From an uncultured Acidimicrobiaceae bacterium (GTDB lineage: Bacteria; Actinomycetota; Acidimicrobiia; Acidimicrobiales; Bog-793): DNA of 64,000 bases. A program made the position numbers and the translations under genes. Of the stretch, positions 41,274 through 51,029 are shown piece after piece (the stretch's first letter is position 1; every line of letters begins with the position of its first letter). Below the pieces are notes generated by a model that saw nothing but the letters and a program-made list of their open reading frames with translations, was not told the origin of the DNA and did no database searches. The DNA lies in assembly GCA_963804765.1 (NCBI GenBank), contig CAWDRQ010000030.1, positions 155,705-219,704 of the forward strand, read 5' to 3'.

Positions 41274-41882
41274 GTGCCGACCAACCGAACCTACGGGGTC
41301 CCGCGGCCGCGGGCCCCCCGATCGAGCCGTTTGACAAGACATGCCTCTGGCGTCCACAGGCGCGGCCGGCCACAGGCGCGGCCGGTCCGTCGCGCCGCCG
41401 GGTTGTGCGTCTCGGCGATGGTCGCGCTGGGGCTCGCCGCCTGTGGTTCTTCCGGCGCGCCGACCACGACGACCACGACGCTTCCGTCACTGAGCGCGTC
41501 CACGGCCGCCATAAAGCAGGCCTACACGGTGCTGTTCGATCTCGCGGACCCCGCGCTTGCGCCCAAGCTCGCCGTCGTCCAGGGCGGCTCGACGCTCGAG
41601 TCGGCGATGAAGACGGCGCTCAAGAGCGCACTGGCCAAGAGCGCCGGAGGTGCGTCACTGAGCAAGATCACGATCGAGCACGGAGCCGATTGCAAGAACG
41701 AGCTCCTGCCGAGCCCGTGCGCCAAGGTGGTCTATGACGTCTTGAGCCCGACGAAGACGGTGGTGCTGCGCAACGCGGGCGGCCTGGCTCTCTACGAGCA
41801 CGGGCACTGGCTCGTGGGCAAGATCACGATCTGTGCGCTGCTCGAGCTCGAGAACTCGGGAGCCGTGCCGCCGGGATGTTGA
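41274..41882 (+). CDS. Putative secreted/lipoprotein, function unknown
   Basis: ORF with MVALGLAACGSSGAPTTTTTT (lipobox LAAC). The real start is probably internal, near VRRAAGL. Confidence 0.5.
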   Translation: MPTNRTYGVPRPRAPRSSRLTRHASGVHRRGRPQARPVRRAAGLCVSAMVALGLAACGSSGAPTTTTTTLPSLSASTAAIKQAYTVLFDLADPALAPKLAVVQGGSTLESAMKTALKSALAKSAGGASLSKITIEHGADCKNELLPSPCAKVVYDVLSPTKTVVLRNAGGLALYEHGHWLVGKITICALLELENSGAVPPGC

Positions 41883-41886
41883 GCGC

Positions 41887-42690
41887 CTAGGAGCTGTCGC
41901 GCGAACCGGGCAGCAGTTCGCGGGCCAGCTCGCTGAGCCGGTCGACAGGCCCAGCCTCGACGACTTGACCCTTGCGCAAGATCACGAGTTGCTCTGCCAG
42001 CTCGAGTGCCCGCGGCAGCTGCTGTTCGATGACGAGAAGCGAGGTGCCCGCGTCGCGGATCTGCCGCAGCGCCCGGTACACGTCGTCGACCACCCGCGGC
42101 CCGAGCCCGAGGGAGAGCTCGTCGACTACGAGCAGCTTGGGCGGAACGGCAAGAACGCGGGCGAGCGCGAGCATGCGCTGCTCGCCGCCCGACAGCGTGC
42201 CCGCGAGTTGGCGTCGCCTGTCGGCGAGGCTTGGAAAGCGCTCGAAGGCGCGCGCGAGCGCGTCGGCTGTCCCCTTGCGGCCGAACGCGCGGATGAAGGT
42301 CAGGCGGAGGTTGTCCTCGACGTCCAAGGTCGCGAACACCGAACGCCCCTCGGGCGCGTGAGCAACGCCCCGGCGGACGAGCCTCCAAGTCGGCAGACCG
42401 GTGACGTCCTCACCGGCGAAGAAGATCCGGCCCTTGGTCGATGGCACGAGCCCGGTCACGACACGGGCGATCGTCGACTTCCCGGCACCGTTGGGTCCCA
42501 CGAGCGCGGTGACCGAACCCGCGGGAACTGACAACGACACGCCGAACAGCGCCCGGAAACGACCGTAGGCGGCCGAGACGTCACGAAGCTCGAGCACGGG
42601 AGGCTCCCGCGTGGCGGAAGGCGACGTGGCAGAGGACGCCGCGACCGTGGAAGGCCCCGTTGCCGAAAGCGGCTTGTCAGCGGCGTTCAT
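41887..42690 (-). CDS. livF: Branched-chain amino-acid-type ABC transporter ATP-binding protein (LivF-like)
   Basis: Walker A GPNGAGKST, signature LSGGEQRMLALAR and Walker B LLVVDELSLGL are present. It has a 4-nt overlap with the LivG-like gene. Confidence 0.85.
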   Translation of the reverse strand: MNAADKPLSATGPSTVAASSATSPSATREPPVLELRDVSAAYGRFRALFGVSLSVPAGSVTALVGPNGAGKSTIARVVTGLVPSTKGRIFFAGEDVTGLPTWRLVRRGVAHAPEGRSVFATLDVEDNLRLTFIRAFGRKGTADALARAFERFPSLADRRRQLAGTLSGGEQRMLALARVLAVPPKLLVVDELSLGLGPRVVDDVYRALRQIRDAGTSLLVIEQQLPRALELAEQLVILRKGQVVEAGPVDRLSELARELLPGSRDSS

Positions 42691-43442
42691 GAGGTATCAC
42701 CGAGATATGCACGGCGCACCACGGGATCGGCAAGAACCTCGTCGACCCGTCCGGACGCGATCATCTTGCCGAAATCGAGCACGTAGGTTCGCTCCACGAC
42801 ACGCCGGACGAAATCGAGATCGTGCTCGACGAGGAGCATGGCCGTCTGACGGCGGGAGCGTAGCTCGAGGAGGACTGTCGCAAAACCGATGGCCTCGCGC
42901 GTGTCGAGACCCGACGACGGCTCGTCGAGCAACAAGAGCACTGGGTCCTGGACGAGGGCGCGCCCAAGCTCGACCAGGCGCCCGTGGCCGTGGCTCAGCG
43001 ACTCGATCGGGTCGTCGGCGACCTCGTCCAATCCGAGCTCGTCGAGGAGCTCCTCGACGCGTGCCACAGGCGTTCTCGCCCTTCCGCGACCGATCAGGTC
43101 CTTCCAGAACCGTCCGTCGGCCCGATGCACTCGCTCCGCAACCATCAGGTGCTCGCGTGGGCTCATCCCGGCGAACAGCTCGAGTCTCTGGAAGGTACGC
43201 CCGATTCCAAGGCGCGCACGCTCATAGACGGGCATCCGGTCTATCCCTCGGCCCTCGAAACGTACCTCCCCTGCGTCGAAGCGGAGCACGCCGTTCAGGC
43301 AGTCGAACAGGGTCGTCTTCCCGGCGCCGTTGGGACCCACGAGGCCCACGGCCTCACCCCTGTCGATGACGATCGAGACGTTGTCGAGCGCGACGATGCC
43401 GCCATAGTGCTTGCTGATCCCGGTGCCCTCCACGAGTGCCAT
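42687..43442 (-). CDS. livG: Branched-chain amino-acid-type ABC transporter ATP-binding protein (LivG-like)
   Basis: 251 aa from ATG 43442 (MALVEGTGISKHYGGIVALDNV). It has GPNGAGKTTLF, LSHGHGRLVELGRAL and LLLLDEPSSGL. Confidence 0.85.
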   Translation of the reverse strand: MALVEGTGISKHYGGIVALDNVSIVIDRGEAVGLVGPNGAGKTTLFDCLNGVLRFDAGEVRFEGRGIDRMPVYERARLGIGRTFQRLELFAGMSPREHLMVAERVHRADGRFWKDLIGRGRARTPVARVEELLDELGLDEVADDPIESLSHGHGRLVELGRALVQDPVLLLLDEPSSGLDTREAIGFATVLLELRSRRQTAMLLVEHDLDFVRRVVERTYVLDFGKMIASGRVDEVLADPVVRRAYLGDTS

Positions 43443-43443
43443 G

Positions 43444-45378
43444 TCAGCCGACCGCTTCGGGGTGCTTGCGCCAACCGACGACGATCTCGACCGCGCGCCG
43501 CTTCTGCCATTCCACGACACCTTCGGGATGGAGCGCATAGGTGACCGCGCCGAGGCCGAACAGGATCGGGAAAAGGTTGCGCCACTCCGAGGGCAGGTAG
43601 TCGAGCACCTGGTACAAGACGACGTAGGCCATTCCCGCCTGGATCGCTCCTTGCACGCTGTAGACCCCCGTCGTCACCACTACGACCATGAACACCAGCG
43701 ACAGGATCGAGTTGAAGTCGTCCGGCGAGACTGTTCCCTGAAGCGAGCCGTACAGGGCGCCGCCGACGCCGGCGAGCGCTGCGGCAACCGCGAAGACCGT
43801 GATCTTCAGCTTGGCTACGTTCGTGCCGATCGACGCGGCCGCCAGCTCGCTGCCCCGCATGGCCGCGAGCTCGCGCCCGGTGGTGCCCTGGCGAATAGCG
43901 AGCACGACCGCCGAGCAGGCGATGAGCAAGACGAATGCCAGGACGAAGAAGGCTTTTCCGCTCGTGAAGTCGAGCGAGCCGAGTTGGGGGCGCGGGATGC
44001 TGACTCCGGAGTCGCCGTTTCCTGACCAGGGGAACTGGAAGCCGACGTTGTCGGCGAGCAGCCCGAAGGCGAGCGTTGCCAACGCCAGCGCGAGGCCGCC
44101 CAGGCGGAGCGCGGGCACGGCCACCACAACACCGACGACTGCGGCGACCGCGCCTCCTGCCACGATCCCCGCCAGCACCGAGACACCGAAGTGGGTCGCG
44201 AGCTGCGCGCAGGTGAACGCGCCGATGCCGGCGAATGCCGCCTGGCAAAGCGAGATCTGGCCGCTCATCCCCGTCAACAACACGATGGACAGGAAGATGA
44301 TCGAATAGGCGATCCCCTGGGTGAGGGTGAAGGTCCAGTTGCCCGGCATCCAGGTGAGACACGAGACGAAGAACACCGCGAGCACCAACCATCCGCCACC
44401 GCGCAGCAGTTCCTCGAGCCCGTGACCTCCGATCGTCGTCGCCATCGGGGGAGGTGGCGGATCGCAGCCAGAAAGGGGGTCGTCGTGGAACCACCGTTCG
44501 CGAAGGCCCGGCAACGCGAGCAGGAGGACGATGAGCACCGCGAAAGGAAGGGCAGGCCTGAGCCCCGACGAGAGCACGCTTCCACTTGGGAGGTATCCCC
44601 CGAGGAGCTCCTGGACGACACCGAGGCCGATACCGCCCCAGAAGGCGAGCGGGAGACTCGTGAGGCTCCCGAGTGCCGCAGCGGCGATGGCGGCGACAAG
44701 CAGGTCGGTGAAGTTCAGCGCCTGCAGCTCCGCGAACAACGGGGCGAGCATCACTCCCGCGAGGCCCGCGAGAGAACTGGACAGGACCCAGATGGCGACG
44801 CCGACGCGCTCGGAGTTGATGCCGGCGAGCTGGACCATGCGGGGGCTCTCGGCCATCGCCCGCATCCGCAGCCCGATCTGGGTGAAGTGAGACATGAGGG
44901 ACGCCAGCAGCACGACGGCGAGGGTCACGATGACCGTCGACAGCTCCGTGCCGTTGATGGCGTCACCTGCGACGTGGAAGTAGACCGAGCCCGGAGGTAG
45001 CCACAACGAAGGGGGCGCCAGCCTTTCCTGGCCCCCGAAGATCAGCTGGAGCGCGCTCGGGATCGCGATCAACATGCCGAGCGCGCTCACGAGCTTGACC
45101 AGCACGGGGGCCGACCGGATGAAACGGTAGAGGAAACGGTCCATCGCGAGACCCAGCAGCGGCGCCACGACGACGACCGCCACGAGGAACCCGGCCCAGC
45201 TCGGCCAGCCGTCGTTGACACAGACGTAGAAGATCAGCGCCGACGCGTACGCCTGAGCCCCGTAAGCGAGGTTGAACACTCCCGAGGTCTGGTAGGTGAG
45301 GACAAGGCCCACGGCCATGAGGGCGAATACGCACCCGTAGGGCAGGCCCGGGATGGCGTAACTGAGAAACTGGGTCAC
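43444..45378 (-). CDS. Fused LivH/LivM-type ABC permease
   Basis: About 644 aa from GTG 45378 (VTQFLSYAIPGLPYGCVFALMAVGLVLTY, a LivH-type start). The second half has a LivM-type pattern (GQISLCQAAFAGIGAF). Many TM helices are present. Confidence 0.85.
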   Translation of the reverse strand: MTQFLSYAIPGLPYGCVFALMAVGLVLTYQTSGVFNLAYGAQAYASALIFYVCVNDGWPSWAGFLVAVVVVAPLLGLAMDRFLYRFIRSAPVLVKLVSALGMLIAIPSALQLIFGGQERLAPPSLWLPPGSVYFHVAGDAINGTELSTVIVTLAVVLLASLMSHFTQIGLRMRAMAESPRMVQLAGINSERVGVAIWVLSSSLAGLAGVMLAPLFAELQALNFTDLLVAAIAAAALGSLTSLPLAFWGGIGLGVVQELLGGYLPSGSVLSSGLRPALPFAVLIVLLLALPGLRERWFHDDPLSGCDPPPPPMATTIGGHGLEELLRGGGWLVLAVFFVSCLTWMPGNWTFTLTQGIAYSIIFLSIVLLTGMSGQISLCQAAFAGIGAFTCAQLATHFGVSVLAGIVAGGAVAAVVGVVVAVPALRLGGLALALATLAFGLLADNVGFQFPWSGNGDSGVSIPRPQLGSLDFTSGKAFFVLAFVLLIACSAVVLAIRQGTTGRELAAMRGSELAAASIGTNVAKLKITVFAVAAALAGVGGALYGSLQGTVSPDDFNSILSLVFMVVVVTTGVYSVQGAIQAGMAYVVLYQVLDYLPSEWRNLFPILFGLGAVTYALHPEGVVEWQKRRAVEIVVGWRKHPEAVG

Positions 45379-45406
45379 TCGATCGCCGACCCCGTGCTCA
45401 GGTCCT

Positions 45407-46705
45407 TCACGTCCCGGGCACGCCGGGAGCCGGCGCCACCACGACGACTCTTTGGGCGTGGGCCGGCTGAGGAGTCTCGAAACAAGTGAACACGGTGCGG
45501 GACGACCCGAAGAGAGGCACGAAGTGACCCCCGATCGCCTGCACGTAGACATTGCAGTCGACCGGCCCGTTGTTCCGGTGCTCCAAGCGCCAGTCGATCG
45601 GCGAGACGATGCCGTCGGCGGTGAAGTCCGTCAACGAGTTGAGGGCGTCAACGAGTCTGGTGCGGGTGAGGTCCCGCCCCACGAGGCGCAGCCCAGTAAC
45701 GAACATCTCGGCGTCGACCCAGCCGGCGAGAGACGCCTCGCCCGGCAACTCCCCCGGGAAGTACTCCGCGAGCTTGCTCAGGTACAGGTCGATCCCCGGG
45801 TACTTGCCCGGGGACAACCTCGCCGACTCGAAGGGGACGTGCCCGATGAGGAAGTACGCGCCCTGCATCAGCGACGAGAACTTGGCGATGGCCGCCTCGT
45901 CGTAGCCGCTCAGCCAGTACTGGGCGACCGACCCCATGCCGTCCTGGCGCATGGTGCGCGACAGAAGGACGTTGCCCGAGAGATCCATGCAGCTCACGAC
46001 GAGGTCCACGCCGAGGGCGTGCATCCGGTTGACATCGGTGGTGAGGTCGACCGGCGGGGCCTGGACCGAGAGGTCCTCGTAGGCGACCGGGATGTGAAAG
46101 CGGTTCATGACGAAGGCCATCCCTTCGCCGGCCGCTTCGGACCCGCCAACGTTGTAGGCGAGGATCCCGACCTTCTTGGCATGGAGCTGCTCGGCCAGGT
46201 AGGCGGCCTCAGGGCCGGGGCGGGTGAAATCGAGGAAAGAGCCCTCCGAGCCGAACAGGCTGGGCCCGGCCGTCCAGTCGGTGCTGACGTCGTAGCCGAA
46301 CGTCGGCACGTTGTTCGCGGCGAGATAGCTCGCCCCTGCAAAGCTCGGCGTGCCGACGCCGACCACTGCGAAGACGTGGTCCTGCTCGACGAGGGTGCGA
46401 ACCTGGTCGGTGTCCTGGGAGGCGTTCGAGCCGTCGTCGAGGGGATAGCGGAACTCGATCTTGCGACCGTCCACACCTCCGGAGGCGTTGATCATGTTCA
46501 GATAGGCCTTGACCCCGTGGAAGATCGGCGCGAAGTCGGCCGGGATCGGGCCGGTCAAGGAGGCCACGCCGCCGACGGTGATCTCCGAGCTGGTCACACC
46601 CTGGGCGTTGCCCGCGTTGGACACAGTGGTCTTGGCGTTGCCACACGCCGCGGCGACGATGACGACGGCCACGAGAACCCCAAGCGATCTACGAGGACTA
46701 CTCAC
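45407..46705 (-). CDS. ABC transporter substrate-binding protein (LivJ/type I periplasmic-binding fold)
   Basis: 432 aa with a lipoprotein-type signal (VIVAAACG). It contains ITVGGVASLTGP...GVKAYLNMINASGGVDGRKIEF, typical of Leu/Ile/Val-binding family proteins. Confidence 0.85.
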   Translation of the reverse strand: MSSPRRSLGVLVAVVIVAAACGNAKTTVSNAGNAQGVTSSEITVGGVASLTGPIPADFAPIFHGVKAYLNMINASGGVDGRKIEFRYPLDDGSNASQDTDQVRTLVEQDHVFAVVGVGTPSFAGASYLAANNVPTFGYDVSTDWTAGPSLFGSEGSFLDFTRPGPEAAYLAEQLHAKKVGILAYNVGGSEAAGEGMAFVMNRFHIPVAYEDLSVQAPPVDLTTDVNRMHALGVDLVVSCMDLSGNVLLSRTMRQDGMGSVAQYWLSGYDEAAIAKFSSLMQGAYFLIGHVPFESARLSPGKYPGIDLYLSKLAEYFPGELPGEASLAGWVDAEMFVTGLRLVGRDLTRTRLVDALNSLTDFTADGIVSPIDWRLEHRNNGPVDCNVYVQAIGGHFVPLFGSSRTVFTCFETPQPAHAQRVVVVAPAPGVPGT

Positions 46706-46920
46706 GCTCCTACCCCTTGCTCTCGGCGCCGAAGCGATCGCCCGCGGTCGGGGACGCTACCAGAGCAGGTCATGGCTCCGGCCGGCTGCGGCGGACACCG
46801 GCCTATTCTCGTCGGCCTTCCCGCCGGGCAGGCGGATGCACGGCCCGGCCGGCAGGTCGAAACGCCTGCTGGCGACCGGGGCTCACGGGCCATGGTCCCC
46901 GCCGCCGTACGATAAGGACC

Positions 46921-47364
46921 GTGAAGGTGTCGACTCGTGGGGACTATGCAAGCCGCGCTCTGCTCTCTCTAGCGCTTCGCGAGGACGTCTCACCGACTTC
47001 GGTCCGCGACATCGCAGAGCGGACGGGCCTTCCACAGCCGTACCTGGAGCAGATCCTGCTCGCGCTCAAGGGCGCCGGCCTCGTCCGTTCCAAGCGCGGC
47101 GTGGGAGGCGGGTATGTTCTCGCTCGATTGCCGGAGCAGATCACCTTGGGCCAGATCGTCAGTGCGGTCGACGGCCCTATCGTTGCAGGAGATTTCGGCC
47201 AGCCGCACCAGAACGGCGCGTGCGACCACGAGGGCCAGTGCGTGTTGCTCGCCGTGTGGGCCGACGTGGGTGAGCACATGCGCCACCACCTCGACTCGTT
47301 CACCCTCAAGGACATGGTGCTGCGCGCACGGGGCAACCTGTCGCCGCTATCGCCGCTGGATTGA
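46921..47364 (+). CDS. Rrf2-family transcriptional regulator
   Basis: GTG 46921: VKVSTRGDYASRALLSLALREDVSPTSVRDIAERTGLPQPYLEQILLALKGAGLVRSKRGVGGGYVLAR. This is the canonical Rrf2 winged helix. A later C..(6)..C pair is present. Confidence 0.85.
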   Translation: MKVSTRGDYASRALLSLALREDVSPTSVRDIAERTGLPQPYLEQILLALKGAGLVRSKRGVGGGYVLARLPEQITLGQIVSAVDGPIVAGDFGQPHQNGACDHEGQCVLLAVWADVGEHMRHHLDSFTLKDMVLRARGNLSPLSPLD

Positions 47365-47517
47365 CGAAAGCCGGCCGCGCGGCCGCCGGATGGGCGCCGG
47401 CAGCTTGGCACGAGTATCAGGGCAAAAGCGGAATGGCGGGGCCCCGATTCGCGTTGTCATGGATGAGACCAATTACTGGGAAGGGAGAGGGGCGCCATCA
47501 CAGTCGAGAACAAGATC

Positions 47518-48316
47518 GTGGATGTCAACGCGCCGGAGCTGACCGCTGCCGAGCGGAGTCGCGTCATGAGGGAGCCCAGCTCCAGCGGGCCCGACTTGAT
47601 GCGGCTGTTCCTCGACGATCTCGGTCGATTCCCGCTTCTCAGCGCCGCCGAGCAGACCGAGCTCGCCAAGAGGATCGAAGAGGGGGACGAGGAAGCCCGC
47701 AAGCAGATGATCGGCTCCAACCTGCGCCTTGTCGTGCACTGGGCACGCCGGTATCAAGGACGCGGCGTCGACATGATCGACCTCGTCCAAGAGGGGACGT
47801 TCGGACTGATGCGGGCGGTCGAGAAGTTCGATTGGCGCAAGGGATTCCGTTTCTCGACCTACGCGACCTGGTGGATCCGCCAGGCTCTTCGAGCGCGCCG
47901 TGCAGTCGAAGGGCCGCGCCATCCGGCTGCCCGAGGACGCACTTGCGGCCGAGCTCGAAGCCGACCCCGATCATGTCCGGCTTCCACGTGTGGTGGCCAG
48001 CCTCGACCAGCCGTTGACCAGCGACGCCACCGCGACGCTGGGCGACGTGGTAAGTGGCGACGAAACTCCCTTCGAAGACGAGATTGCACGGACGCTCACC
48101 CTCGGCAAGCTCGACGCGGCCATCGACCGCCTGCCCGAGTTGGAACGCGACGTCGTCCGGCTGCGTTTTGGTCTTGACGGCAGCTCCCCCGCCTCTTTGG
48201 AGTCGACGGCGCGCACCTTGGGCATCGGTGTCCGCCGCGTGAGGCGCATAGAGGCCTCAGCCTTGGCCTTCCTCGCCGTTCAGCCTGAGGTCGAGGGAGT
48301 GCACGACGCCGCCTGA
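47518..48316 (+). pseudogene. Sigma-70 family RNA polymerase sigma factor, apparent +1 frameshift at about 47890
   Basis: Region 2 is in frame 1 ([18 protein letters not shown]...[57 protein letters not shown]). Regions 3-4 are in frame 2 ([14 protein letters not shown]...[17 protein letters not shown]...ARTLGIGVRRVRRIEASAL). An extra C lies in cttCgag. The span is 799 nt (3n+1). Confidence 0.8.
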
Positions 48317-48330
48317 GCCTCGGGCGGAGC

Positions 48331-49290
48331 TCAGGAGAACTGCTCGAGCACGACGACGAGATCGTCGGGCAACGGAGAGCTGAAGCCGACCTCCTCATCG
48401 GTCGCCGGATCGACAAAAGCCAAGCCCGTTGCGTGCAGGAACGGGCGCGCGCACCCCGATCGCCTCCGGTCGCCCCGATAGCGCGCGTCGCCGACGACGG
48501 GATGGCCGATCGCGGCAAGGTGCACACGGATCTGATGAGTGCGGCCGGTCTCCAGTCGCAACTCCAGATAGGTCGCCTCGAGCGGCTCGGCGTACCTGGC
48601 GAGCACGCGGTAGTGCGTGCGCGCCGCCCGGCCTCCGGCCGCGACGGCCATCCGCGTGGGATCACGCAGCGACCGCCCGATCGGCGCGTCCACGACTCCC
48701 GCTTCCGCGTCGAGCGCCCCGCACGCCAGAGCGAGGTACGTCCGGCGCACTGTGCGTGCCGCCATCTGGGCCGTCAACGACCGGTAGGCGTCCGGTGTCC
48801 GGGCGACCACCAGCAGGCCGGAGGTGTCCTTGTCCAGTCGGTGCACGATGCCTGGCCGGTCGCTCTCCCCGCAACCGAGTTTCGCCAGCTGGGCGAGCTC
48901 GGGGTACCTGGCCAGGAGACCGGCCACGAGCGTGCCCGAACGATGAGCCGCGTCGGGATGGACGACGACTCCCGGTGGCTTGTCCACGACGATCACCGCC
49001 TGGTCGTCGTAGACGACGCGGAACCGGACCTCTCCGGGCGCAGCAGCCCTCACAGCCTCGCTCTCGGTCTCGACCAGGAGCCGGAGGTCGGTCTCCAGGA
49101 GATCGCCGGTCCGGACCCTGCGGCTCCCTGCGGCCACGACGACGTCCGAAAGGCGCACTCCCCCGGCTGCGATGAGCCTCGCGACCTGTGCCCGGGTGCA
49201 GCCGGACAGCAACGCGACGACCCGGTCCACGCGCTCGCCGGAAAGCGCGCCCGGGATCGCGACAGGCGATCTCGTGCCTGGGTCGATCAT
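48331..49290 (-). CDS. rluD: RluA-family pseudouridine synthase (RluD-like) with S4 domain
   Basis: 319 aa from ATG 49290. The S4-like N-terminus is ERVDRVVALLSGCTRAQVARLIAAGGVRL. The catalytic motif is HRLDKDTSGLLVVA. An ATGA overlap joins it to the lspA stop. Confidence 0.85.
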   Translation of the reverse strand: MIDPGTRSPVAIPGALSGERVDRVVALLSGCTRAQVARLIAAGGVRLSDVVVAAGSRRVRTGDLLETDLRLLVETESEAVRAAAPGEVRFRVVYDDQAVIVVDKPPGVVVHPDAAHRSGTLVAGLLARYPELAQLAKLGCGESDRPGIVHRLDKDTSGLLVVARTPDAYRSLTAQMAARTVRRTYLALACGALDAEAGVVDAPIGRSLRDPTRMAVAAGGRAARTHYRVLARYAEPLEATYLELRLETGRTHQIRVHLAAIGHPVVGDARYRGDRRRSGCARPFLHATGLAFVDPATDEEVGFSSPLPDDLVVVLEQFS

Positions 49291-49901
49291 GGCAGGAGCC
49301 GCCGGTCGACGTCCGGGGACGCCTGGTCGGCCCCGGCGGACGGCTGGCCGGCCCCGGGGGACGCCTGGCCGGCGACGGGGCACGGCTTTGTGGCAGTCGT
49401 CCGCCACATTGCGATGGCGAACACGACACAGCCACAGACGACCGCCGAGTCGGCCAGGTTGAAGGTCGGCCAGAAACCGGAACGGAGGAAGTCGACCACC
49501 GCGCCGTGGTGACCCCTGAAGAGCCGGTCGGAGAGGTTGCCGACGGCGCCGCCGAGGATCATGCCGACACCGACCGCTGCGGCGGTGTTCGGCACGGTCC
49601 GGGAGAACCACGCAAGCAGGGCGACGATGACCACGACGATCACGATGATCGGCAGTGTCAGGCCCGTACCGACGCTGAAGGCGACGCCTGTGTTGTAGGA
49701 CAGAACGAGCGCGAACGGCCCGATCAGGTGTACGGGCCCCGACGAGAGCCGAGAGACCGCGAGCGACTTGGTCACCTGGTCGGCGATCACCACGGCGAGC
49801 GCTACGGCAAGCAACACGCGAATGCGCCGGGCACGTCGCCTCGCCTCGCCCGAGATCACTCCCCCGGTGGCGCCGGGCCGGTCCTCGCCGGCCGTGTTCA
49901 A
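49287..49901 (-). CDS. lspA: Signal peptidase II
   Basis: 204 aa. It contains IADQVTKSLAV, SYNTGVAFS, GGAVGNLSDRL, VVDF and the conserved FNLADSAV block. Confidence 0.88.
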   Translation of the reverse strand: MNTAGEDRPGATGGVISGEARRRARRIRVLLAVALAVVIADQVTKSLAVSRLSSGPVHLIGPFALVLSYNTGVAFSVGTGLTLPIIVIVVVIVALLAWFSRTVPNTAAAVGVGMILGGAVGNLSDRLFRGHHGAVVDFLRSGFWPTFNLADSAVVCGCVVFAIAMWRTTATKPCPVAGQASPGAGQPSAGADQASPDVDRRLLP

Positions 49902-50938
49902 CGTTTCGACAGCCCCCCGCTCTTGCAGTCAATGCACAAGCGGGCGTAGGGAAGGGCCTCGAGCCGAGCCTTGACGATCAACCGACCGCAGTTCTCGCAG
50001 ATCCCGTAGCTGCCGTTGTCCAGTTTCGAGAGGGTGTGGTCTATCTCCTCGACGGCGACCAGCGCCTGTGCCGAGAGTGCCAGGTCACGCTCCCTGTCGA
50101 CGGTGACGGTCCCACCTTCGCCCGACTCGTCGTCAAACTGGATGTCGCCCGGCTCCATCTCCTCGACCAGCGCCTCCGCCTCGGCTTTCAAGCTTGCCGC
50201 CTGCTCGAGATAGGTCGCACGCTCGCGTAGGAGCGCGGCCCGCTGGCTTGCCAGGAAACGTGCTTCCTTGGCATACCCTTCGCTGACCCGCTTCGCGGTC
50301 GCGACCTTTGCGCCAAGCCCGCCACCTGTGCGTGCGGAGCCTGGCGGCGCCTTGCGCGCCTGAGAGGGCGCCTTGGCGGCCCTGGTCTTGGACGAGTCGG
50401 CGGCCTTGGCAACGCCGGAGCTCGCCCTTGTGCTCGCCGGCTTTCTCGTCACCGCCACCGCGTCGCGCGTGCGGGCCTTGGCCACTGACCTTGCAGCCGG
50501 GGCTGCCGGCCGCTTGGTCGCCGCAGTCGGGGCAGTGACGGCCTTCGAGCGCGGGGCCGCGACCTTGGGCGCGGCCGGGGACGTGACGGCGGACTTTACG
50601 GGCGTCTTGGCTGCTGTCTTGGCCGCGGCAGGCGCCGCTTTGCCCCCCGCCTTGGCCGCCGCGGGCGCCGTTTTGCCGACCGCCTTGGGAGCCGCGGGCG
50701 CCGCTTTGCCGACCGCCTTGGCCGCGGCCTTTGCCGGCACGGCTCTCGGAGGCTTGGCCACCCCTGGCTTGGAGGCATTCTGAACGGTAACGGGCGGCAC
50801 CGCGATCCCCTTTGACTTGGCCGCGGACGCAGCCTTCTTCGACGGCTCAGTTGTCGTGTTGGACGACGCAACTTTCACGGACGCCTTCGAGGCGTTCTCC
50901 TTCACGACGACTCTCTTGTCAGCATTGGCCGCCACCAT
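49898..50938 (-). CDS. DksA/TraR-type C4 zinc-finger protein with long Ala/Lys/Pro-rich N-terminal extension
   Basis: 346 aa from ATG 50938. The C-terminal ~120 aa are DksA-like (coiled coil, then CENCGRLIVKARLEALPYARLCIDC). The N-terminal ~220 aa are low-complexity and basic (AAKAVGKAAPAAPKAVGKTAPAAAKAGGKAAPAAAKTAAK...). Confidence 0.75.
   Translation of the reverse strand: MVAANADKRVVVKENASKASVKVASSNTTTEPSKKAASAAKSKGIAVPPVTVQNASKPGVAKPPRAVPAKAAAKAVGKAAPAAPKAVGKTAPAAAKAGGKAAPAAAKTAAKTPVKSAVTSPAAPKVAAPRSKAVTAPTAATKRPAAPAARSVAKARTRDAVAVTRKPASTRASSGVAKAADSSKTRAAKAPSQARKAPPGSARTGGGLGAKVATAKRVSEGYAKEARFLASQRAALLRERATYLEQAASLKAEAEALVEEMEPGDIQFDDESGEGGTVTVDRERDLALSAQALVAVEEIDHTLSKLDNGSYGICENCGRLIVKARLEALPYARLCIDCKSGGLSKR
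50618..50738. repeat. 3.6 copies of a 33-bp tandem repeat inside the DksA-like gene
   Basis: The units are 50618-50650, 50651-50683 and 50684-50716, plus a partial fourth. They follow cttggccgc(c/g)gc(g/a)ggcgccg(c/t)tttgcc(gac/ccc)cgc and encode 11-residue Ala/Lys/Pro repeats on the minus strand. Confidence 0.85.
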
Positions 50939-51029
50939 GGTCGTTGGCACGATCGGTCCCTCCTGTCGCGGCGAGGGTGACCGACGATAGTCCTGCCGGC
51001 CACCTGTCGCCAACAACACATCGCCGATC

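Noticed and set aside
50618-50738. A tandem repeat array that could be mistaken for a CRISPR or minisatellite locus.
   Set aside because: The units are contiguous with no spacers and are 33 bp long. They lie in frame inside the DksA-like coding sequence and encode an 11-residue protein repeat. No CRISPR-like repeat-spacer structure was seen anywhere in the window.
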